Source of the DNA: Halanaerobiales bacterium
GTDB taxonomy: Bacteria; Bacillota; Halanaerobiia; Halanaerobiales; M55B127
Reading direction: 5' to 3'
Assembly (NCBI GenBank): GCA_018334565.1
Contig: JAGXLU010000004.1
Span: 13,909-77,908 of the forward strand
Length of the DNA stretch: 64,000 bases
Shown: one piece after another, positions 9,996 to 19,475 of the stretch
Numbering within the stretch: the first letter of the stretch is position 1
Layout: each line of letters begins with the position of its first letter
Program-made: the position numbers and the translations under genes
The notes under the pieces: generated by a model
Database searches by the model: none
What the model saw: only the letters and a program-made list of their open reading frames with translations
Told to the model about the DNA's origin: nothing

Positions 9996-11276
9996 TTACA
10001 GGGAGGCTTCTTTAGCACCTTTATCTATGTCAACATAATATAACATTATTATACCCAATATAAAAAATGAAGCGACTGCCAATATACCATATCTAGAAGA
10101 ACCAGTCAGTTGACCTACCAAAGCAAAAACAAAAGGTCCAGTAATAGCGGCAAATTTACTAGATATACCATAAAATCCATAAAATTCTGCACTTTTTTCT
10201 TTAGGTATTAATACTCCATATAAAGACCTGCTTAAAGCCTGTGCTCCTCCTTGAACAGTACCTACTAAACCTGCCAAAACCCAAAAATCCAATGCCGAAT
10301 CAAGGTTATAACCCAAAAGTGTAATAATTAGATAAATTGACAGGGCTATATAAATTCCTTTTTTTGCCCCTATTTTTTTAGCTACCTTACCAAAAAACAA
10401 GGTAAAGGGAATTCCTACAACTTGTGTTAAAAGCAGAGCACCTATTAAATCATTTTGCCCGATTCCAACTTCCCTGCCGTATATTGTTGCCATTCTAATA
10501 ATTGTACCAATCCCATCATTATATATCCAGAAGGCTATTAAGAATTTAAATAACTCTTTATATTTTCTAACATTCTTGAAGGTATTAGTTACTCTATAAA
10601 ATCCCTGTTTTACATATGGTATTAAAGTAAATTTTCCTAAACCAAGCCTGGATTCAGGCAAGTTGATAAAAGCTGGTATAGAAAATACAATCCACCACAC
10701 AGAAACTGTTAGAAAGGCTATCCTCGTTGCCATAACAGAATTTGGAATACTGAATATCCCGGGTTTCATGATCATAACCAGATTAATCAAAAGTAAAAGT
10801 CCACCCCCTAGATAACCAGCTGAATAACCTAAGGTAGAAACATAATCTATTTGTTCTTTATCAGTGATAATAGGTAAAAATGAATCATAGAATATATTCC
10901 CACCTGAAAATCCAATATTAGCAAATATAAAAAAGATAGAAGCCATTATATATCTACCTTCAGTAATAAAAAATAATAGCCCAGTACCAATTACTCCTAT
11001 TAAAACAAAAATCTTTAAGAAGATTTTTTTTGACTTAGAATAATCAGCCACCGCTCCTAAAATGGGTGAGATTAAAGCAATAACTAACATTGCAATAGTC
11101 TGAGTATATCCCCAGTATGAGGTAGCTAAATTATCAGGTAGATTAGCTGCTGCTACATCATTATAAAAAATAGGTAATACTGCAGCTAAAATAGTTGTTG
11201 CGAATGCAGAATTTGCCCAATCATATAAAGCCCAGGAATATATCACCTTTTTCTCTGATTTATCTTTTTTTCCCAA
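9996..11276 (-). CDS. MFS transporter, UMF1/Atg22-like family
   Basis: 426 aa, about 12 TM. N-terminal YSWALYDWANSAFATTILAAVLPIFY is characteristic of UMF1. Confidence 0.75.
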   Translation of the reverse strand: MGKKDKSEKKVIYSWALYDWANSAFATTILAAVLPIFYNDVAAANLPDNLATSYWGYTQTIAMLVIALISPILGAVADYSKSKKIFLKIFVLIGVIGTGLLFFITEGRYIMASIFFIFANIGFSGGNIFYDSFLPIITDKEQIDYVSTLGYSAGYLGGGLLLLINLVMIMKPGIFSIPNSVMATRIAFLTVSVWWIVFSIPAFINLPESRLGLGKFTLIPYVKQGFYRVTNTFKNVRKYKELFKFLIAFWIYNDGIGTIIRMATIYGREVGIGQNDLIGALLLTQVVGIPFTLFFGKVAKKIGAKKGIYIALSIYLIITLLGYNLDSALDFWVLAGLVGTVQGGAQALSRSLYGVLIPKEKSAEFYGFYGISSKFAAITGPFVFALVGQLTGSSRYGILAVASFFILGIIMLYYVDIDKGAKEASL

Positions 11277-11404
11277 TCATATCTCCTCCTCCACTTATAA
11301 ATATATTATTCTTTAAGACTATATATTTACCTTTTTTATTTTGCACTTGATATATCTCATTTTTAAATATATAATTTAATTAATAATAGATGGGAGTGAA
11401 AAAA

Positions 11405-12277
11405 ATGAAAATAGCTCTTGTAACAGACAGTACTTGTGATTTAAATAGTGCTTTAACCCAAAAATATAATATTAATATTATTCCGCTTAGAATTCATTTT
11501 GGAACAGAAGAATACATAGATGGTGTTGATATTAGTTCATTAAGTTTTTTTGAAAAATTAAATAATAATCTACATATGCCCAAAACATCTAAACCGTCTA
11601 AACAAACATTTTTAGATAAATATAGAGAGCTTTCTTTAGACTACGATAAAATTATTTCTATACATGTTTCTAAAGGGCTCAGCGGGACCTATGAATCAGC
11701 TAAATTAGCCGCAAATGAACTGGGAAATGACAAAGTATATGTCTTTGATTCTGCCTCTATTTCTCTGGGCTTGGGTTTCCAAGTTATTATGGCTGCAAAG
11801 CTTATTAAAAAGAATTATAAATTAACAGAAATATATTCTAGATTAAAAAAATCCAAACAGAAGATAAGCTGCATTTTTACTGTGGAGGACTTAACTTATA
11901 TGAAAGAAGGAGGCAGAATTGGTCCAGCCAGGGCTTTCTTGGGCTCAATATTTAATATTAACCCAATCATTGAAATAAGCCCTAAAACCGGTAAAGTAAA
12001 TCCTTTAAATAAGGTCAGGGGAAATAAAAATACTCTCGCTGAAATGAGTAAACTTATTTATCAACAAATCAAAGAAGAAAAAATAGCCTGGATTGGTATA
12101 ATGCATGGTGATAGAAAAGAAAAAGCTAAATTGTTAACAAAAAAAGCAAAAGAGCTTATTCCTGAAAGTATTAAAACAACCTTTTTGGAAAATAGAATTA
12201 GTCCGACCTTAGGTTGCCATGTTGGTCCATCCGTTTACGCTTTTGCTGCTTTATATGGTGATCTATTAGATATATAA
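11405..12277 (+). CDS. DegV family fatty-acid-binding protein (FakB-like)
   Basis: MKIALVTDSTCDL.., SKGLSGTYESA, EGGRIG motifs. The ORF opens at 11390, but the GGGAGTG RBS favours the ATG at 11405. Confidence 0.85.
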   Translation: MKIALVTDSTCDLNSALTQKYNINIIPLRIHFGTEEYIDGVDISSLSFFEKLNNNLHMPKTSKPSKQTFLDKYRELSLDYDKIISIHVSKGLSGTYESAKLAANELGNDKVYVFDSASISLGLGFQVIMAAKLIKKNYKLTEIYSRLKKSKQKISCIFTVEDLTYMKEGGRIGPARAFLGSIFNINPIIEISPKTGKVNPLNKVRGNKNTLAEMSKLIYQQIKEEKIAWIGIMHGDRKEKAKLLTKKAKELIPESIKTTFLENRISPTLGCHVGPSVYAFAALYGDLLDI

Positions 12278-12311
12278 AAATCATCATCTATTAAAATACT
12301 GTTTTAGAATA

Positions 12312-12887
12312 TCAAGATATTTTACTTACCCATTCTTTTATTCTTCTTTTGTGTTCTCTTAATTTTAAATTAAAAATTGGAATATTTCTTTTACTGGCAA
12401 TTGATATTGCCTGTCCAGTCCCTCCTGTTATATTACTTCTATCGCGGTCAGTAATACAACCATCAGCCGTCCAGCAAATTACAAATTCTGATAAACAATT
12501 TAGATTTTTACCTAAAACTTGGTAAGTATCTCTAATAATTAATTTTTTAGATTTTTGTGTCAAATGTTCAAAACCAGGATGATTGTTTTTTGCAATTTCA
12601 ACCGCCTTATTATAATTATCTAACTTGGGGGACACTATATAATTTTTACCTTCCCTGTTCCGAAAATTTTTCCATGGCAAGTATATTTCAAAATCTCGAT
12701 TTGCCCTGTCTGCTCCTGCTTCAAAAGCAGTATCAGCACCCTGTGAACCACCTGATCTGAGTACGTACTTTTCTTTAGCCAACAAATAAGCTAATTCTTC
12801 CATAAGATTTAAAATTTCTTCTGGGGTATTATGACTACCAATACCAGAGTAATATACTTTTTTGTTTTTTGTTTTATTTGCAACCAT
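12312..12887 (-). CDS. SLOG-fold (DprA/Smf-like Rossmann) protein of unknown role
   Basis: 191 aa. Pattern GIGSHNTPEE..(20 aa)..VLRSGGSQGADTAFEAGA resembles the DprA-type GxGSR...SGxAxGxD nucleotide-binding core. AAAGGAG RBS. Confidence 0.5.
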   Translation of the reverse strand: MVANKTKNKKVYYSGIGSHNTPEEILNLMEELAYLLAKEKYVLRSGGSQGADTAFEAGADRANRDFEIYLPWKNFRNREGKNYIVSPKLDNYNKAVEIAKNNHPGFEHLTQKSKKLIIRDTYQVLGKNLNCLSEFVICWTADGCITDRDRSNITGGTGQAISIASKRNIPIFNLKLREHKRRIKEWVSKIS

Positions 12888-12966
12888 AATAAAACTCCTT
12901 TACAAAATAATGTAAATATGATAAAAATACAAGAGTGCTCAGATAATTTATTAAGGAGATGTAAAA

Positions 12967-13080
12967 GTGAGTAAAAAAGTTATATGTTCAGATTGCGAAA
13001 GTGCAAACTGGACTGGTTCTTTATATTGTAAGAAATGTGGGGCCAATTTGTTTAAATCTGAATATAAACAAAAAAGTTAA
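12967..13080 (+). CDS. Small zinc-ribbon protein (37 aa), hypothetical
   Basis: GTG start 7 nt after an AAGGAG RBS. Reads VSKKVICSDCESANWTGSLYCKKCGANLFKSEYKQKS (CxxC-x10-CxxC). Its stop overlaps the convergent sirtuin stop. Below the ORF-track size cutoff. Confidence 0.4.
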   Translation: MSKKVICSDCESANWTGSLYCKKCGANLFKSEYKQKS

Positions 13081-13829
13081 TTTATATCTTGCAGGCCCTG
13101 ATAAATTTTATCCATTATATAAGTTGCTTTGCCTGAAAGATATAAATCAGTTATCTGGTAGGTAAAATTCGACTTATTGGGATTTATTTCAATGATTTGT
13201 GCCCCATTATCAAAAGCTAGTTTTGGTATTAAAGAAGCAGGTGTTACCTCACCTGTAGTTCCAATAACAATAAAGAGATCAGCCTGTTCTGCTTCATCTA
13301 TAGAAGCCTGGTAAGCCTTTTGAGGAATTCCCTCGCCAAAAAATATATAATTAGGTTTTAAAACCCCGTCACACTTAGTACATCTAGGAGGCAAATCTTT
13401 CAAATAATCCGCTTTGAAATTATATATCCTACCACATTCTATACATATTAATTCTTTATAAGTTCCATGAAATTCATAGACATTCATACTACCTGCTTGT
13501 TGATGAAGATTATCAATGTTTTGTGTAATCACAGCATCGAAATATCCAGCCTTTTCCAATTTTGCAATTAAACGATGAGCTTTATTGGGTTCACAATCAG
13601 CAAACATGCTGTAAAAGAGTTTTTTATTTAACTCCCAAGATTTTAGAGGATTATTTATAAAGTAATTTATATCTAAAAAATAAGGGTCATATTCTTCCCA
13701 CAACCCCCCCTCTCCTCTAAAGGGAGGTATACCACTTTCTACCGATATACCTGCTCCTGTAAAGACAGTGGTATGCGCTGAATTTTTTATTAATTTGACT
13801 GCTTTTTTTATCTTTGGGTGATTTGACAC
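13077..13829 (-). CDS. cobB: NAD-dependent protein deacylase, Sir2 family
   Basis: 250 aa. GAGISVESGIPPFRG, TQNIDNLHQQAG, catalytic His in EFHG, and Zn cysteines CIECG...CTKCDG. Confidence 0.9.
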   Translation of the reverse strand: MSNHPKIKKAVKLIKNSAHTTVFTGAGISVESGIPPFRGEGGLWEEYDPYFLDINYFINNPLKSWELNKKLFYSMFADCEPNKAHRLIAKLEKAGYFDAVITQNIDNLHQQAGSMNVYEFHGTYKELICIECGRIYNFKADYLKDLPPRCTKCDGVLKPNYIFFGEGIPQKAYQASIDEAEQADLFIVIGTTGEVTPASLIPKLAFDNGAQIIEINPNKSNFTYQITDLYLSGKATYIMDKIYQGLQDIN

Positions 13830-14075
13830 ATATACCGCTCCTTTGATAATTTATTTTATCATTTTTTTGTTTATCATCTTTTAATAATAAATAATTTAAT
13901 AACCAAATTGAGCTTTCAATAAAAAAATTATAATTCTTTAATAAGTTTTTGCACTTGACAAATCGATCACCTTATTACAATATTTTTAAAAAAATCAATA
14001 ATTACATTTTTATTGCCTAACCGTCAGATTAGTTGTATTTAAATAATCCAACTTATCCAATTTTTCTGATTTAAC

Positions 14076-14106
14076 TTAAAAAGAAGGAGACTAAATAGCC
14101 TCCTTC
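14076..14106 (-). terminator. Rho-independent terminator about 250 nt downstream of the PEBP gene
   Basis: Minus strand reads GAAGGAG-GCTATTTAGT-CTCCTTC followed by TTTTT. Confidence 0.6.
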
Positions 14107-14359
14107 CCAATTTTATATTTCAATTACCATCTCACATCGAATGTTTCCACTTACAATTTGGTTATTTGATAATTTCAGACAATCCATCTAAACCGTCTAT
14201 TTTTAATTTATCTTTAAAATATAAAATATTGGCCTTCCATCATTTTATCAAGCCAACTCACAACTTACTCTGGTTATTACAAAACAATACTTATCCAAAT
14301 TTTTAAATCTTTATTGACCAGTTAATATAATATAATTAAATTGCATTTTCATTAGTGAT

Positions 14360-14839
14360 TTATTCTCTAGTATATTTCCCAATCAATTCGGAATTTTGTA
14401 ATTCATACTTTTTTATCTTTTCTTTTAAATCTTCTTTACTAATGTCATAAGGTAAATTAATTTTTCTATCTAAAATATATACACTAAAATGATAATTATG
14501 AACTCCAATTGGAGGAGCGGGCCCTCTATAACCTATTTCTCCAAAGTCATTTATACCTTGCTTAGCTCCCTGCAAAGAGCCCACTTTTTTAGTTCGACTT
14601 ATGTTTTTAGGAATATTATTATTTTTGACCGAAATATTCCAAATCATCCAATGGGTGAAGGTTCCACCTGGTGCATCGGAATCATCCATTATTACTGCAA
14701 TGCTCTCACCATCAGAAAGGATATTATTAATTGTAAGTGGAGGTGAGATGTCCTGCCCATCAGCAGTATATTTTCTTGGAATCATATCCCCATCTTTAAA
14801 AGCACTTGAAGTAATATTTAAATCCCTTTTCATTTTCAT
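14360..14839 (-). CDS. YbhB/YbcL (PEBP, Raf-kinase-inhibitor-like) family protein
   Basis: 159 aa. DDSDAPGGTFTHW and GYRGPAPPIGVHNYHFSVY blocks typical of bacterial PEBP. Confidence 0.85.
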   Translation of the reverse strand: MKMKRDLNITSSAFKDGDMIPRKYTADGQDISPPLTINNILSDGESIAVIMDDSDAPGGTFTHWMIWNISVKNNNIPKNISRTKKVGSLQGAKQGINDFGEIGYRGPAPPIGVHNYHFSVYILDRKINLPYDISKEDLKEKIKKYELQNSELIGKYTRE

Positions 14840-14852
14840 GCACCTTCTTAAA

Positions 14853-15158
14853 TTACTTGCCTTCCACTACTTCTTTAAAGGTTTTCCCAACTCTAAAGAC
14901 AGGAACTTTTCTGGCTGGTATAGTAATTTCTTCACCAGTCTGTGGATTTCTACCCTTGCGTGCACTTCTATCCCTAACCTCAAATGAACCAAATCCAATA
15001 AGTTGTACCTTGTCTCTTTTGTCTTCTGGTTTTTTTGCTTCTTCTTTTAGATAATTCATTATTGTGTCGATTGTTGTATTAATAGCCTCACCAGAATCTT
15101 TTTTTGTTAATCCAGTTTCTTCAGCAACCTTGTCAATCAAATCAGTTTTTGTCATCAA
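14853..15158 (-). CDS. hup: DNA-binding protein HU
   Basis: 101 aa. [12 protein letters not shown]..., [34 protein letters not shown]. Has an inserted acidic/basic stretch [13 protein letters not shown]. Confidence 0.9.
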   Translation of the reverse strand: MMTKTDLIDKVAEETGLTKKDSGEAINTTIDTIMNYLKEEAKKPEDKRDKVQLIGFGSFEVRDRSARKGRNPQTGEEITIPARKVPVFRVGKTFKEVVEGK

Positions 15159-15264
15159 TATTCAACCCCTTAATTTAAAGTTTTGTTCTTATTTTATTTA
15201 AATTATACAAAAGTTGTGAATTTCCTTCTTTTTTATTACTTTTATTCCTGAAATTACAACGTTT

Positions 15265-15600
15265 TTATGTATTTTTTGAACTTTTTCCAGTCCAAAATTT
15301 AATCCAATCACCCTGGCTGTTGTTAAATGTTAAAAATAAATAAAGACAGGCCGTTGCAGCTCCAAAAATCAACATCAAGACAAACCACATTATAAATTTA
15401 GAAATCTGCTCTTCTCTGTAATAAATCCAGCCTGAAAATATTATAAACATTATATAAATATCAATCAAGGTCACTTTGCCCCAGGTTAAAGATAAAATTG
15501 TACCTCCATCAGCACCAAAATCAGCATATATAAAACCATAAATAATTGCAACAGCCATTGTAATAAAACCTAATAATGATAAATATTTAGCCACTTTCAT
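15265..15600 (-). CDS. Small membrane protein, DUF1475-like
   Basis: 111 aa with 3-4 TM. Sits directly downstream of a DUF1295-like gene, an association I recall for DUF1475. Assignment is from memory only. Confidence 0.45.
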   Translation of the reverse strand: MKVAKYLSLLGFITMAVAIIYGFIYADFGADGGTILSLTWGKVTLIDIYIMFIIFSGWIYYREEQISKFIMWFVLMLIFGAATACLYLFLTFNNSQGDWIKFWTGKSSKNT

Positions 15601-15614
15601 CTGATTACCTCCAA

Positions 15615-16391
15615 TTATTGTTTTTTGGGAAACCAGGGGAAAAATTTATTTGTTTTTTTAGCATATTCCTGAAATTCCTCATCATCAGCATATCTTTCTT
15701 CTAAAAGAGGTACTCCTGATACAAATAAAAGTAGGTAAGTTATAGTGATAGGACTTATTATAAAAATCCAACTACTTGGAATAGAAAGTCCGATTATAAA
15801 AATTCCCCACCACATAGTTGCTTCACCAAAATAATTCGGATGACGGGTATATTTCCAGAGACCTTCTTTCATGATATGGCCATCTTTTTCTGAATCGGGT
15901 TTCGCAATGTAATTCTTCAACTGCTTATCTCCAAGTGATTCAAAGATAAACCCAATTATCCAGATTACTATACCTATAACATCAAAAACTTTAAAAGCAG
16001 CTGCGGGGTTGGAGTTTATATTTATTACAGAAGATACTATTAAAAACAAGAGGATCCCCTGTAAAACATATATTTGAAAAAATGATCTTAAATAAAAATA
16101 GTCCCAATTTTCTCTCCACTTTGCATATCGGTAATCTTCCGGTTTCCCTTTATTCCTTTTATATATATGAGAAGCAAGTCTTAATCCCCAAATAGATACC
16201 AGAATAGTAACTATAATCGATCTAAAGTTAAAATTACCTGTATTCAATAAAACAAAATACGAGGTTAATACAAATCCTAAACCCCATCCAATATCAACTA
16301 CTGCATTATTTTTTTTGATAATTGATATAATAAAAAACACTACAAAATATGCTAAAATAAATATCCCAGTCTGGACAAATATTGAGCTCAT
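15615..16391 (-). CDS. DUF1295 / steroid-5-alpha-reductase-ICMT-like membrane protein
   Basis: 258 aa, polytopic. C-terminal [20 protein letters not shown] motif typical of this family. Confidence 0.75.
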   Translation of the reverse strand: MSSIFVQTGIFILAYFVVFFIISIIKKNNAVVDIGWGLGFVLTSYFVLLNTGNFNFRSIIVTILVSIWGLRLASHIYKRNKGKPEDYRYAKWRENWDYFYLRSFFQIYVLQGILLFLIVSSVININSNPAAAFKVFDVIGIVIWIIGFIFESLGDKQLKNYIAKPDSEKDGHIMKEGLWKYTRHPNYFGEATMWWGIFIIGLSIPSSWIFIISPITITYLLLFVSGVPLLEERYADDEEFQEYAKKTNKFFPWFPKKQ

Positions 16392-16394
16392 TTT

Positions 16395-18185
16395 TTATTC
16401 CTCCTTGTTTTCAGTCATTACTGATATCGCAACACTATTTCTGCCGGCACTCAAACCTATTACTGGAGATATTTCTTCAATAAATTCAGGTTGTTCTCCC
16501 AATAATTGAATAAATATATCTTTATACCGCTCTGCCCTGTTTATTCCGTCTCCATGTACGATTGAATATTTTTTTATACCGCTGGTTTTCTGATGCTCTT
16601 CAATAATATTTTTGATCTTTTTAGTAATACCCCTTTTGCTGAAAGCCTTATCGAATGCAATCCCATTACCTTCTTTGTCAAGAGAAACAATAGGTTTGAG
16701 ATTAAGAAGACTTCCTAATTTACCTTTCAAAGGACTTACTCGGCCTCCTCTAACCATATAGTCAAAATTGTCAACGCTTACATAGATATAAGTGTTTTTC
16801 TTTATTTCTTCCACATAATCTACGATTTCTTCATGTTCTTTTCCTTCTCTAATTTTTTCTGCAGCTTCCATAATCACAAGGCCTTGAGCTCCTGAATCCA
16901 GTTTGGAGTCTATTACAGAAATTTTAGTGCCATTATTAATGTTTTTGACCGCGGATTTTACAGTTTCATAAGTACCACTCAACTTACTTGAAACAGTGAT
17001 TACAATAATTGAATCATAATGATCTTCTAAAAAAGATAATTTATCCTCTACGGTTTTAATAGAGGGTTGGGCAGAAGTTGGATATTCTTGGGCCTGATCA
17101 ACAAGATCATAAAAGTTATCTGAATTTACAGTAATTTTATCAAGATATTTGGTTTCATCTATAATTAGATTAATCGGGATGACATGTATTTGATTTTCAT
17201 CTATATATTTTTTTGGTAAATCTGCTATAGAATCTGTAACAAGAGCTATATCAGCAACACGATTATATTTGATATTGTATTGAATGAGCATATCATCTAC
17301 TTTTTGATCAATAATATCACTGTAATTATTTACCTCAGCAAAAAATTCGGCCGGATTATTCGTATGAATGTGTATTCTCATTTTTTCCAAACTACCAGCA
17401 ATAATCAAAGAATCTCCCATTTTCTTAAGTATCTTTTTAATATTGGGAATTTCTTTTGTCACGTTTTCTATATAAGCTTCAGTACAATATCTATAATCAA
17501 TTTCATCTCCCTGGGTTAAAGCAGTTTCCTCATTTTCTAAGATTATTTCATAGCTTTGTATATCATGTATCCTACCTGTTTTTATAAATTCCAATATACC
17601 CGACAAAAAGTAGACAAAACCCTGAGCTCCAGAATCAACCACATGGGCTCTTTTTAATACTTCCAATTTATCTTTAGTTTCATCCAATGAGATTTTTGCA
17701 TATTTTAAGGATTCTGACATCAGTTCTTCAAAATCATCGGTTTTTGCTTTTATCTCCTCTAAAGATTTAGACCAATCTTTCATAACAGTTAACATGGTAC
17801 CTTCAACAGGTTCACTTATGGCCTGATAAGTATAATCAACAGCTTTTTTAATACTCTTTGCAAAGTTATTAACATTTAACCGATTTTCTGTTTTAATATT
17901 AATTTTGAGGCCATTGATGAACTGAGCAAAAATTATACCTGAATTCCCAATTGCTCCTTTTAAGGCAGCATCTCCCATAGAATTTAAAGTTGTATTAATA
18001 GACTTATCTGCAATAACATTTTCCATTACCATATTCATTGTTCGCGAGAGATTTGTGCCTGTATCACCATCAGGTACGGGAAATACATTAATTTTGTTTA
18101 GCTCTTTTCTGTTTTCAATAACCTCTTTTGCCCCTGATATGAAGGCATAATATAACCTTTCTCCATTAAGATATTTAATCTTCAT
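16395..18185 (-). CDS. DAK2 (FakA-like N-terminal and middle domains) fused to a DegV (FakB-like) domain
   Basis: 596 aa. N-terminus has FPVPDGDTGTNL (DhaL/Dak2). Middle has YRYCTEAYI..GDSLIIAGS..RIHIHTNNP (FakA linker domain). C-terminal ~290 aa has IALVTDSIADLP, SSKLSGTYET, RGGRVS (genuine DegV). Confidence 0.8.
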   Translation of the reverse strand: MKIKYLNGERLYYAFISGAKEVIENRKELNKINVFPVPDGDTGTNLSRTMNMVMENVIADKSINTTLNSMGDAALKGAIGNSGIIFAQFINGLKINIKTENRLNVNNFAKSIKKAVDYTYQAISEPVEGTMLTVMKDWSKSLEEIKAKTDDFEELMSESLKYAKISLDETKDKLEVLKRAHVVDSGAQGFVYFLSGILEFIKTGRIHDIQSYEIILENEETALTQGDEIDYRYCTEAYIENVTKEIPNIKKILKKMGDSLIIAGSLEKMRIHIHTNNPAEFFAEVNNYSDIIDQKVDDMLIQYNIKYNRVADIALVTDSIADLPKKYIDENQIHVIPINLIIDETKYLDKITVNSDNFYDLVDQAQEYPTSAQPSIKTVEDKLSFLEDHYDSIIVITVSSKLSGTYETVKSAVKNINNGTKISVIDSKLDSGAQGLVIMEAAEKIREGKEHEEIVDYVEEIKKNTYIYVSVDNFDYMVRGGRVSPLKGKLGSLLNLKPIVSLDKEGNGIAFDKAFSKRGITKKIKNIIEEHQKTSGIKKYSIVHGDGINRAERYKDIFIQLLGEQPEFIEEISPVIGLSAGRNSVAISVMTENKEE

Positions 18186-18598
18186 AAAACCACCTTTATT
18201 CTCTAATGAAAGTTTTTAACCAAAGTATATTATCATCTAAACCATAAAAATATCTCCAACAATATTTAAAAAATAGATTTGCTTTACTATTCAATTTACA
18301 TGATTATTTAGTATTAAGTTTTGGTAAGTTAAATTTACTTTCTTTAATTATTAACATTAATATATCCAATTGATAATTTTCTTTATAATTATTTGATTAT
18401 GTGGCTTTTTACTCTATAAGTAATTTATTTTTTACCTATAATTATCACCACATTAAAAATTATTTATTATTATCAATAATTATTATAAATAATCATATAA
18501 CAAATATTTTATTTTATCTGTAAAATAGTTAACCTTCATATATAATAGTGATGACCATTATTAACACCCATATTCTATTCACCTTTTAAAATATGCTT

Positions 18599-19351
18599 TT
18601 ATCTGCCTTGACTTAATCTTAAAGAAAACTCTTTAGGTAAATCTGTATCATTGAACTTTTCATGAACCTTATCAATATCATATTTGATTCTTTTAAAATT
18701 AATTACATTATTGATAAGATCAAAAGTAACATAACTGGATCTTGGATTCCCATCTCTAGGCTGACCTACACTTCCCACATTAATGACATAGTTGTACTCA
18801 GGATTTATTTCAAATTCACTTTGATCCATTCTAACCCAACCATTGCCCCTGTTATAATAACAAAAGGGTATATGAGTATGCCCTATGAACAAAATATCTG
18901 TGTTCATTATAAAAGGCTCTATAAGTTTTATATCGCTTGGGTTAAATACATATCTAAAAGGTGTTTCCGGCTCTGGGCTACCGTGTGCAAGTAAAATTTT
19001 ATTATCCTCTATTGTAATATTATTTCTTGTTTTTAATTTTTTAAGATAATCTAAACTACTCTGGCTTAACTGACTTTTAGTCCAATCAATAGATTTTTGT
19101 ACTGTGCCTCTAAACCAATTTTTATCAATTTTTTCAACCATTGATCGATCATGGTTACCTGCAATAACTTCTGAACAAACCTCTCTAATTTTCTTTACAG
19201 TCTTTTCTGGTTCTGGATTATAACCCACAAGGTCTCCCAAACATATTATATCATTAATTTGTAACATTTTAATTTCATTTAAAACAGTTTCTAATGCGGT
19301 ATAATTTGCATGTACATCAGAAATAATAGCAATCAAATTATTCTTAGCCAT
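18599..19351 (-). CDS. Metallophosphoesterase family protein
   Basis: 250 aa. SDVHAN, GDLVGYNPEP, GNHD, GHTH motifs. Confidence 0.85.
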   Translation of the reverse strand: MAKNNLIAIISDVHANYTALETVLNEIKMLQINDIICLGDLVGYNPEPEKTVKKIREVCSEVIAGNHDRSMVEKIDKNWFRGTVQKSIDWTKSQLSQSSLDYLKKLKTRNNITIEDNKILLAHGSPEPETPFRYVFNPSDIKLIEPFIMNTDILFIGHTHIPFCYYNRGNGWVRMDQSEFEINPEYNYVINVGSVGQPRDGNPRSSYVTFDLINNVINFKRIKYDIDKVHEKFNDTDLPKEFSLRLSQGR

Positions 19352-19475
19352 TTTTTGAAATAGGATGTTTTTATATTAAATCCTATTAAACCTCCCTGGT
19401 TTTCTTTTTTCTTTGCATAAGATTTAAAATTATTTATAATGATATCCAAACTTAATCTTAACCACAATTCATTTT

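Noticed and set aside
12312-13829. Sir2 plus SLOG pair as a split Thoeris-like (ThsA) defence system.
   Set aside because: The Sir2 protein has all the hallmarks of a housekeeping sirtuin deacylase, including the Zn-ribbon. No TIR/ThsB-like gene is nearby, and there is no other defence context. Kept only as a metabolic-linkage hypothesis.
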